Shown here piece after piece: positions 39,805-51,100 of a DNA stretch of 64,000 nucleotides. Origin of the DNA: Antedon mediterranea (Eukaryota; Animalia; Echinodermata); assembly GCF_964355755.1 (NCBI RefSeq), contig NC_092677.1:17258101-17322100 (forward strand). The letters run 5' to 3'. The position numbers and the translations under genes were made by a program. A model generated the notes under the pieces. That model saw only the letters and a program-made list of their open reading frames with translations, searched no databases and was not told the origin of the DNA. Each line of letters starts with the position of its first letter. Within the stretch, counting starts at the first letter, position 1.

Positions 39805-42660
39805 AGATGACAATGGTGGTGAAGGTAAGATGAAGACATTGGTGAAGGCGAGACGATGCCAGTAGTGAAGATTAGATGACGATAGTAGTGTAGGTTAGAT
39901 GAAGATGTGGTGAATGTGAGATGACAATGGTGGTAAAGGTGGGATGATGGTAGTGGTGAATGTGAGATGAAGATAGTGGTGAAGGTGAGATGATGCCAGT
40001 AGTGAAGATTAGATGACGATAGTAGTGAAGATTAGATGATGATAGTAGTGTAGGTTAGATGAAGATGTGGTGAATGTGAGATGACAATGGTGGTAAAGGT
40101 GGGATGATGGTAGTGGTGAATGTGAGATGAAGATAGTGGTGAAGGTGAGATGATGCCAGTAGTGAAGATTAGATGACGATAGTAGTGTAGGTTAGATGAA
40201 GATGTGGTGAATGTGAGATGACAATGGTGGTAAAGGTGGGATGATGGTAGTGGTGAATGTGAGATGAAGATAGTGGTGAAGGTGAGATGATGCCAGTAGT
40301 GAAGATTAGATGACGATAGTAGTGTAGGTTAGATGAAGATGTGGTGAATGTGAGATGACAATGGTGGTAAAGGTGGGATGATGGTAGTGGTGAATGTGAG
40401 ATGAAGATAGTGGTGAAGGTGAGATGATGCCAGTAGTGAAGATTAGATGACGATAGTAGTGAAGGTTAGATGAAGATGTGGTGAATGTGAGATGACAATG
40501 GTGGTAAAGGTGAGATGAAGACATTGGTGAAGGCGAGACGATGCCAGTAGTGAAGATTAGATGACGATAGTAGTGTAGGTGAGATGAAGATGTGGTGAAT
40601 GTGAGATGACAATGGTGGTAAAGGTGAGATGAAGATGGTGGTGAATGTGAGATGACAATGGTGGTAAAGGTGAGATGATGGTAGTGGTGAATGTGAGATG
40701 AAGATAGTGGTGAAGGTGAGATGATGCCAGTAGTGAAGATTAGATGACGATAGTAGTGAAGGTTAGATGAAGATGGTGGTGAATGTGAGATGACAATGGT
40801 GGTAAAGGTGAGATAAAGATGGTGGTGAATGTGAGATGAAGATAGTGGTGAAGGTGAGATGATGCCAGTAGTGAAGATTAGATGATGATAGTAGTGTAGG
40901 TTAGATGAAGATGTGGTGAATGTGAGATGACAATGGTGGTAAAGGTGAGATGATGGTAGTGGTGAATGTGAGATGAAGATAGTGGTGAAGGTGAGATGAT
41001 GCCAGTAGTGAAGATTAGATGATGATAGTAGTGTAGGTTAGATGAAGATGGTGGTGAATGTGAGATGACAATGGTGGTAAAGGTGAGATAAAGATGGTGG
41101 TGAATGTGAGATGAAGATAGTGGTGAAGGTGAGATGATGCCAGTAGTGAAGATTAGATGACGATAGTGGTGAAGGTGAGATGAAGATGTGGTGAATGTGA
41201 GATGACAATGGTGGTAAAGGTGAGATAAAGATGGTGGTGAATGTGAGATAAAGATAGTGGTGAAGGTGAGATGATGCCAGTAGTGAAGATTAGATAACGA
41301 TAGTAGTGGAGGTTAGATGAAGATGGTGGTGAATGTGAGATGAAAATGGTGGTAAAGGTGGGATGATGGTAGTGGTGAAGGTGAGATGACGACATTGGTG
41401 AAGGTGATATGAAGATGGTGGTGATTTCGTCATCTCACTTTCACTACCATCTTCAAGGTGAGATGACGACATTGGTGAAGGTGATATGAAGATGGTGGTG
41501 ATTTCGTCATCTCACTTTCACTACCATCTTCAAGGTGAGATGACGACATTGGTGAAGGTGATATGAAGATGGTGGTGATTTCGTCATCTCACTTTCACTA
41601 CCATCTTCAAGGTGAGATGACGACATTGGTGAAGGTGATATGAAGATGGTGGTGAAGGTGAGATGAAGATGGTGGTGAAGGTGAGATGACGACATTGGTG
41701 AAGGTGAGATGACAGTGGTGGTGAAGGTGAGATGACAGTGGTGGTGAAGGTGAGATGAAGATGGTGGTGAAGGTGAGATGAAGATAGTGGTGAAGGTGAG
41801 ATGAAGATGGTGGTGAAGGTGAGATGAAGATGGTGGTGAAGGTGAGATGACAGTGGTGGTGAAGGTGAGATGAAAATGGTGGTGAAGGTGAGATGACAGT
41901 GGTGGTGAAGGTGAGATGAAGATGGTGGTGAAGGTGAGATGAAGATGGTGGTGAAGGTGAGATTAAGATGGTGGTGAAGGTGAGATGAAGATGGTGGTGA
42001 AGGTGAGATGAAGATGGTGGTGAAGGTGAGATGAAGATGGTGGTGAAGGTGAGATGACAGTGGTGGTGAAGGTGAGATGAAGATGGTGGTGAAGGTGTGA
42101 TGAAGATGGTAGTGAAGGTGAGATGAAGATGGTGGTGAAGGTGAGATGAAGATGGTGGTGAAGGTGAGATGAAGATGGTGGTGAAGGTGAGATGACAGTG
42201 GTGGTGAAGGTGAGATGAAGATGGTGGTGAAGGTGAGATGACAGTGGTGGTGAAGGTGAGATGAAGATGGTGGTGAAGGTGAGATGAAGATGGTAGTGAA
42301 GGTGAGATGAAGATGGTGGTGAAGGTGAGATGAAGATGGTGGTGAAGGTGAGATGAAGATGGTGGTGAAGGTGAGATGAAGATGGTAGTGAAGGTGAGAT
42401 GAAGATGGTGGTGAAGGTGAGATGAAGATGGTGGTGAAGGTGAGATGAAGATGTGGTGAAGGTGAGATGAAGATGGTGGTGAAGGTGAGATGAAGATGGT
42501 GGTGAAGGTGAGATGAAGATGGTGGTGAAGGTGAGATGAAGATGGTGGTGAAGGTGAGATGAAGATGGTGGTGAAGGTGAGATGAAGATGGTAGTGAAGG
42601 TGAGTTAAAGATGGTGGTGGAGGTGAGATGATGATAGGAGTGGAGGTGGGATGATGATGA
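39805..42660. repeat. 23-bp satellite GGTGGTGAAGGTGAGATGAAGAT with 137-bp higher-order repeat
   Basis: GATGCCAGTAG marker at 39855, 39992, 40152, 40289, 40426; homogeneous monomers after about 41640. Confidence 0.97.
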
Positions 42661-42814
42661 TGTTGTTTGCAGTGAGAATATCGTATTTTTTATGTTGGAC
42701 TCTTAATAATAAGACTATTTCTACTTGAGGATAAACATGATGTATGTGACCATTGATTTTTTTTTTATCCCATTCTATGGACACATTTTACAAAACTGGT
42801 CTATTCTTTACCTG

Positions 42815-43109
42815 AAACCAGATGTGATCGTCTATCACTAACCAGGTGTCTCGTCTATGCCATAATAACCTGGTGCCTGGTCTATCCTCTATAACCAGAT
42901 TTATCGTCTATTCTATTCCATAAACAGTTGTCTCGTCTATCAACTAGGTGTTTGGTGTCCTATGCCAACCAAATGTGATCGTCTATCACTAACCAGGTGT
43001 CGCGTGTATGCCATAACCAAGTGTCTGGTCTATTCTATACCAGAACCAGATGTGATCGTCTATCACTAACCAAGTGTCGTGTCTATGCCATAACCAGGTC
43101 TATTCTATA
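42815..43109. repeat. Degenerate AACCAG...GTCTAT minisatellite, left part
   Basis: Continues at 46995..47220 on the other side of the transposon. Confidence 0.85.
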
Positions 43110-43879
43110 TAGTAGAGCAGTTAGTGCCATAAAAATAGCCAAGTTGTGCACTTTATTACCAAAGCATGAAACTTGCCACAAAGTTTCTTTGATGTATATA
43201 GATTAAAAATATCGGGGGGTGCCAAGTGTCCAACGTCCGGTATGGCGGCCATCTTGATTTCAAAATGGCCACCATAAAAACAAAAAGTCTTCATATCTTG
43301 GCAACTATAAACAGTAGAGACTTGATTCTGGTGTTAAATTGTTCACAAACCACATATTTCTATTTGCTCTAATGAAAGGTTTCGTCAAAAAATGACCGGA
43401 AATGACGTTTCTCCCAGTTTGACCTTTGACCTCTTATCTGTATATCTCAGTAACTACTGATCATTTTCAATCGATTTTGGTGTCATTTTGTTTAGAATAG
43501 AGACATTTATATTTGTAGTAATGAAACATTTTCACATAAAATGACTGGAAATACAATTTATAACCTTTGACATATATAATATGTGAACATACTGTATGTG
43601 GTTTACATTGGTATAAATGCACCTAATTTTTTTTTTAACGAAATAAATGACACTGCAAAAATGAGCAGGAATTATTATTCTGAATTTTTGACTTTTGATG
43701 TGATAGGATAGGCGTAAAGTATGACAGATCACTGAGAAACAGCAATCACTGAGCTCAATGCCGACTTGTTTGCTAAACTGTGATGTGTCAATCGTTAGAT
43801 AAAAGTTTTGGTCCTCTCTCCATCATCTTTTTTTTTTGCAATGTATTATACCATATGGACAATTGTCTGAAATAAAAGT

Positions 43880-44225
43880 TGAATTGAATTGTTAGATGCC
43901 ATTTGGAAATATTTTTGATGTAAAGTAGCATTCTTTCGTTGGCCTCTTTGATGTTGCATATGAGACAAGTTCGGAAAGTTTTCATTTTCATGAGTTAAGA
44001 GAATACCGTCTTTCAAACTTACTACAAACTTATCCTGCATTTGTGCAGTAGACCTACTTTCATTAGTCAGAAACTCAGATAATTCTTGTTCATTTTCGTT
44101 GCATCTAAAAAAATGTACTCCATTTTTATGGTAATGGGCCTTTGCTGTAAACCATCTGTATCCTTTTCCTCGATTTTCTCTACTCATTGATTTTTTAGCA
44201 AAATCCGAACCAAATCAATTCGTAA
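43880..44225 (-). pseudogene. Frameshifted Academ XPG-like nuclease fragment
   Basis: RIDLV / KSMSRENRGKG / FFRCNENEQELSEFL / CNIKEANERMLLY split over frames; resembles the CNHEEADTRMLLH motif. Confidence 0.7.
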
Positions 44226-44399
44226 AAGACATCTCAATATAATTATTCAAGTAATTCTCAAATTAGTGACATGGACCTACAATATACTGTTCTGTACAAG
44301 ACCTTTTTAGGCATCCACTTGTGAACTTTCACTTTGAAGGTCTTGGTCTCCTAATCATACAAGAAACAATGTCTGATTTAATCAATCAAAGTAGTGGGT

Positions 44400-46045
44400 C
44401 CAGACAAAGAAGGGGATGTAAGACCATCCACAGACAAAGAAGGGGGTATAAGACCATCACAGACAAAGAAGGGGGTATAAGACCATCCACAGACAAAGAA
44501 GGGGGTATAAGACTATCCACAGACAAAGAAGGGGTGTAAGACCATCCACAGACAAAGAAGGGGGTGTAAGACCATCCACAGACAAAGAAGGGGGTATAAG
44601 ATCATCCATACACAAAGAAAGGGGTGTAAGGCCATCTACAGACAAAGAAGGGGGTGTAGGACCATCCACAGACAAAGAAGGGGGTGTAAGACCATCTACA
44701 GACAAAGAAGAAAGGGGTGTAGGACCGTCCACAGACAAAGAAAGGGGTGTAAGGCCATCCACAGAGAAAGAAGGGGTGTAAGACCATCCACAGACAAAGA
44801 AGGGGTGTAAGACCATCCACAGACAAAGAAGGGGTGTAAGACCATCCACACAGAAAGAAAGGGGTGTAAGACCATCCACACACAAAAAAAGGGGTGTAAT
44901 ACCATCAACAGACAAAGAAAGGGGTGTAATACCGTCCACAGACAAAGAAGGGGGTGTAGGACCGTCCACAGACAAAGAAGGGGGTGTAAGACCACCCACT
45001 GACAAAGAAAGGGTATAGGACCACTTACAGACAAAGAAGGGGGTATAAGACCATCCACAGACAAAGAAGGTGATGTAGGACCATCCACAGACAAAGAAGG
45101 GGGTGTCGGACAATTCACAGACAAAGAAGGGGATGTAAGACCACCCACAGACAAAGAAGGGGGTGTAAGACCATCCACACACAAAAAAGGGATTATAAGA
45201 CCATCTACAGACAAAGAAGGGGGTATAAGACCATCCACAGACAAAGAAGGGGGTATAAGACCATCTACAGAGAAAGAAGGAGGTGTAAGACCATCCACAG
45301 ACAAAGAAGGGGTGTAAGACCATCCACAAACAAAGAAAGGGGTGTAATACCATCAACAGACAAAGAAAGGGGTTTAATACCATCAACAGACAAAAAAGGG
45401 GGTATAAGACCGTCCACAGACAAAGAAAGGGGTATAAGACCATCCATAGACAACGAAGGGGGTGTAGGACTATCCACAGACAAAGAAGGGGGTGTAGGAC
45501 CATCCACATACAAAGAAGGGAGTGTAGGACCATCCACAGACAAAGAAGGGGTGTAAGACCATCTACATACAAAGAAAGGGGTGTAAGATCATCCACAGAC
45601 AAAGAAGCGGGTATAAGACCATCCACAGACAAAGAAGGGGGGTATAAGACCGTCCACAGACAAAGAAAGGGGTATAAGACCATCCATAGACAACGAAGGG
45701 GGTGTAGGACTATCCACAGACAAAGAAGGGGGTGTAGGACCATCCACATACAAAGAAGGGAGTGTAGGACCATCCACAGACAAAGAAGGGGTGTAAGACC
45801 ATCTACATACAAAGAAAGGGGTGTAAGATCATCCACAGACAAAGAAGCGGGTATAAGACCATCCACAGACAAAGAAGGGGGGTATAAGACCATCCACAGA
45901 CAAAGAAGCGGGTATAAGACCATCCACAGACAAAGAAGCGGGTATAAGACTATCCACAGACAAGGAAGGGGGGTATAAGACCATCCACAGACAAAGAATG
46001 GGGTATAAGACCATCTACAGACAAAGAAGGAGGGGTAGGACCATA
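44400..46045. repeat. ~30-bp minisatellite AGACCATCCACAGACAAAGAAGGGGGTGTA
   Basis: Over 50 tandem units inside the Academ element. Confidence 0.97.
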
Positions 46046-46994
46046 TTACCGAGGAAGCATAGGCCTACAAAAAGAAGATGCAATCAAAATAGGCCTACCA
46101 GCCACTTGGAAAACAATAAATTGTAGAATAACTGAGGCTTGATTGTTGAAATATAAAGGGTTCTTTGTAAGGTCATTAATAATATATTGATATAAACACG
46201 ATCATCATACTATTCATTTGACATTCAAATACAGTCTATCTCGAAAAGAAGCTCATACTATCACCTTTTCGAGGTTTGACGGTATTCCATAACATGTATG
46301 TTATTTCCTCTGTCAAACTATTAAAACTTTTAGCGAATCAGAAGGTGCCAACATCGTTGAACTAATAATGGTACCACCAAGCACAATATTTACCAATTCT
46401 ATGTACAATATACAATTTAAGTACATTAATCATTTAATATAATTACGCCTATCAGGTCAAAGTTCAAAATTAGGTGCATTTATTTAAGACCACCAAAAAC
46501 CACATACAGTATATTCACATAATTAAAAATCAGTAATTAAATGTCAAAAGTCATAAATTGTATTTCTGGTCATTTTATGTAAAAATGTTTCATTACTACA
46601 AATATAAATGTATTTATTCTGAACAAAATGACACCAAAATCGATTGAAAATGACCAGTAGTTACAGAGATATACAAATACGAGGTCAAAGGTCAAACTGA
46701 AAGAAACGTCATTTCCGGTCATTTTTGGACGAAAATTTTCATTAGAGTAAATAGAAATATATAGTTTTTGAACAATTTGAGACCAGAATTAAGTCTCTAA
46801 TGGGTATAGTTGCCAAGATATGAACATTTTTTGTTTTTATGGTGGCCATTTTGAAATCAAGATGGCCGCCATACCGGACGTTGGACACTTGGCACCCCCC
46901 GATATTTTGAATTTATATACATTATAGAAACTTTGTGCCAAGTTTCATGCTTTGGTAATAAAATGCACAGCTCATGTCATTAACTGCTCTACTA

Positions 46995-47220
46995 ATACCA
47001 GAACCAAATGTGATCGTATATCAACCTGGTGTCTCGTCTGTCCCATAATAACCAGGTGCCTGGGGTATCCTCTATAACCAGATTTATCGTCTATCCTATT
47101 CCATAAACAGTATCGTCTATCTATAACTAGGTGTTTGGTCTCCTATGTCAGAACCAAATGTGATCGTCTATCACTAACCAGGTGTCGAGTCTATGCCATA
47201 ACCAGGAGTCGAGTCTATCC
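46995..47220. repeat. Degenerate AACCAG...GTCTAT minisatellite, right part
   Basis: Co-linear near-copy of 42815..43020. Confidence 0.85.
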
Positions 47221-47270
47221 ATAGAGATAATTATTATAATATCTCTATGGTTTGAAGAAAACAACGATTG

Positions 47271-47798
47271 AATTCCAAAAAAAATAAAAAATAAAAGATT
47301 TCGAAAAAAGGTGGGTCATTTTAAAGTATCATAATAGTTATTAACTATCACCAAAAAATTTTCGAAAAAAAAAATAATTTAACTGAAATACAGACGTTTT
47401 TTTGTTAAAAAAATAACTTTGACTTCCAGTCAAAGTTTTCAATCAAAACATATCCCATAATGAAACGCACTTGTTTGGCTACTATGTATGCATAATCATA
47501 AAACTTCCTCGTGATCTGTGTGAAAATACCTTCTTAACCGTGACGAGTTGTAAACAATCCGAATTTAGCATATGCATAATGCGTACTCATGGTTTGAAAT
47601 CTTTGTTTACTTTCGTTCGTGACGATTTTCCAGATGAAATGTAATCTAACTAATTTACCTGTTAATTACGTAAACTTGTTGTTTTTGACTCGAATTTTCT
47701 ACCTAAAGTGGATAACTTTAATATTACTTTGATATGCCCACTTTAAATTTAGAATATTTTGACCTTCATTTTTGTGTGTTTCAAGGGACAATACATCT
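47271..47798. mobile_element. Kolobok-like MITE, left end truncated
   Basis: Highly similar to 55363..55908; right end GGGACAATACATCT-TTAA. Confidence 0.85.
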
Positions 47799-48166
47799 TT
47801 AACTAAACTTTGAGAGAGAAAAAAACGAGTGGAGGTTTTGATTTAAACTCAACCGAGCAGTTGAATGGGATTTTAGTGGAAAAGAGATTGGATAATAAAT
47901 TAGTCAGAGTGAAATCCCTGGAGTGTGTCATCGGAAAAAATAACTTGTGAAATTGGTAATTGCGCCCTCAATAGTTTATCATAATCTTGTAGTAATTCTT
48001 CGCTCTGTGAACGTTTGTGATTAGTCAACTGGCCACTGAATCAGAACAACTTGCCAATCACAAACCACGTTCTTCAAACTTTAGGTGAATGCCGCTAAAA
48101 AAGGAGAAGGTATAATGGGGGCATGACACAGTCTTGTGAAATATATTAATCTCTATTTTTTCCAAA

Positions 48167-48184
48167 ATGAGCCTCCCAAATACG
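48167..48184 (+). CDS. USP10: USP10 exon 1 (MSLPNT), inferred start
   Basis: AAAATG context and phase-0 GTAAGA donor matching the next exon; short first exon as in vertebrate USP10. Confidence 0.65.
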
Positions 48185-51100
48185 GTAAGAATACATTTGA
48201 ATCGAAAAGTACTCATCTTATATAAACTAAATGAATTTTTTATTATTTTTGCTGTATGGTTTAGTGTGTAATTTGCTTGTTTTCCTGAGACCTTCGTTTG
48301 GTAGAAGGAGGAGTTTGGATCGGAGCCGTCTGGAGGCACATACGACTACTTCACCAGTGATAAATACCGCACATGATAGTAGGGTGTGTTTATTTTGTGG
48401 GGCCTAGCCCTAGCCTACCTAGTCCAATGCCTAAGTAAAGATCAACAAAGAATGGTGTTATATTTGATAAAGTATAATAAGACCTAGCCTGCCTTCTAGG
48501 CCTAGCTAGGCTAGGCTAGTTTGTAAAAAAAATGTACGCCTACCTCTAGGCCTACCTAGTTAGGCCTATTATTGATTGATTTTGGGTTGTGCAAACACTA
48601 AAAGTAAAACTAAACAGAAAATGCCAGTCATGTTTCATTTCCATAAAGACACTACTAGACTTTAGAATTGTTGATGTTTTTGTGGTAGGAGACTGCATAC
48701 AAATGAAATCACAGACGAGTTCTTTGCTTCATTCAATACATTTAATTTATTATCTGGAACATCAAGTCACATTCATACATACATATGTTTAATAATATTA
48801 TCATTACATCGTATCTGGAACATCGATTCACATTCATATATACAGATGTTCAATATAATTACAACAGTATCTGGATCGATTCACATTCATATACAGTATA
48901 CAGATGTTTACCAATCAGCGTATACGAAGAATTAAGCCCAACATAAACAATGTACATGAATACAATTCAGTCAAACCCAAACCAAACCCCTTGAGTCATC
49001 TGTCAAATAAATGGAAGTTCACCAGCTCCGAGCAAACCAATCTCAAATTCTTCATATCATATCTATCCATAAACCTATTACAACATCATAAAAGAATTCA
49101 TCATTATTTACTTTATACAGTAGTAAAATAACACTATCAATTACAAGAACGGGAACATCCCATTCCGCTGCCATGTTGTGTAACTAGCATACCTACGGTA
49201 TGCACACACGTGTGAATGACCATACATCATAATAAACAACATATAAATCACTTTACTAGTTAATTAACATGGTAAATATAAGTATAGTAAGATTATCAAT
49301 CAATCACAGTATCTTAGGGTATTCTAATATGATTTCTATGCATTTTATCTACAATATATTTCAACGTACCAAAACCCTTCTCTTACTCTAGCTTCTATCG
49401 CCGGTGAACTACGCTGAAACCTTGTACATGTACCTTTATATAGTACAGTACCAAAAATACATCCGCAGCATAATATAGTTCAGTAAATACCGCCCTCCCA
49501 ACTAGGCCTAGGTCATATATTAAATGTGCGTTTTATGATAAAAAGAGAAAAATATTAAATACTGCCCTACCTGATTAATAGTTAGCTCGCGTCAAAAGTT
49601 ATCTTGTAGACGTTAGGTCCAGCTTAGTTATATATATGCTTAGTTTTGTAGGCCTAGCTGGTAAAGAGCGGTAACGTACGAACATCGTATGCTAACTATA
49701 TAGGCCTAGCCTGACGTTGTCTCGTTGCTGAATTAATTGTCTTTCCTTTTTTGGCAGAATCCATTACAAATTGGGGAAGACCTGGTATTTTCGCTGAAAA
49801 GTTATGGTTCTTATATTTGTTTCACCCTTTCACGCAATTGGTTGAAGTGATCACATCACAATATGAAAATATCAATTTGCGCGCAATGCATGTTGGGATT
49901 TATAGCGGGCTGCTAAAATTATTGGAATCAACTTGTTTTTCACATGTAACCGTTGAAAGATGAAAAAAAATATCGCAATACTAAATAGGTCCATATAGTA
50001 TTTATTTTTACATAAAATGTAGTATTTGACCTTAAATTAGGTGTAAAAAAAATGTTGGACTAGTGCCTTTAATTTGTTTAGGCAAACAGTATATCATTTG
50101 TCGTACTGAATGTATTTTTCTTAAAGGTCTGCAATTTCTTATTATGTGTTTTTATATAAAATAAAATGTTTCTGTCTGTGCTAACATTAATTTAGAATCT
50201 GTAGCAAATTATCAATAAATACTGACCTTGATACTAAATACTAGTTACAATTTAAAATGGCCAGGATTAATGTATTGACATTACTGAATTAACATAACAA
50301 ACATAATTACTGGCAAGATATTCTGAAATAAAACCATAAATAAGCCAACATTGAATTAAGAAATTTACAGGTATACCAGCAAATACTGAAAGTTGCATAG
50401 AGTCTTTGTACTTCAATCAACTTTGTCTTAAAGGCCAGGTGCGGGCAAAAAATTTCTATTGATCATACATTCCAATAATTATCGATCTATAGTTTCCCCT
50501 ATGTTTCATAATTTTTGGGATTTTATTTGTGTTACAGGAGCTTTTTGAAAATTAGCACTTTCATATCAGTGGGGGGATAGTTCAAATTACACAGTAAAAT
50601 CTCTATTCTTTTGTACACAAATTTTGAAAATATGAGAGGCATTTTAAAAAGCTATAAAAAATAAACGGTGTAGTAAAAAATGTTATCAGATGACTAATAT
50701 AGGTAATATAACTTGAATTTTACATTTCTGGTATTTTTATTCAACTTCAGAATTTTATTTTCATGCTATAGCAAAAATTATCCACCGTATATCCACCATC
50801 TTTTTTCACCTTCTAGGGAGTCACCAGACATGTTATTACATTATGTTAACTACCTAACTACTGAAAAAAGTCTTCCTGTTTTTATGGCAGAATTTTACCA
50901 AATTTCATCTTGATTTCTGTTACAAATATTTGATATATGTACAATTAACCAGATATTATATTTAAAATTCATGCCTGTACCTGAGTTTTAATCCTAAAGT
51001 GGAATCTATTCAAAACTGAACAGTCTAAAATTAAGTTCGGTTTTTTCCATTTTTTAGACTATCAACTGTACAGTTTGAGCCTAGCTTTTCAAATGGTACA

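Larger units (their letters stand above)
43110..46994 (-). mobile_element. Non-autonomous Academ-type DNA transposon relic
   Basis: ~520-bp TIRs TAGTAGAGCAGTTA...TAACTGCTCTACTA; 3-bp TSD ATA; frameshifted XPG-like nuclease relic inside. Confidence 0.85.

Noticed and set aside
40306-42600. His/Ser/Thr-rich minus-strand ORFs
   Set aside because: The 23-bp monomer lacks stops on the minus strand; satellite artefact
44457-45923. 488-aa ORF and overlapping ORFs
   Set aside because: Translation of a stop-free 30-bp minisatellite with frame-shifting units; no domain or splice signals
49105-49180. Minus-strand AACATGGCAGCG start of a divergent gene
   Set aside because: Stops after about 23 codons; no further exons identifiable
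49636-49676. Alternative USP10 first coding exon ATGCTTAGT...GCG|GTAACG
   Set aside because: Phase 2, incompatible with the phase-0 FGDF exon
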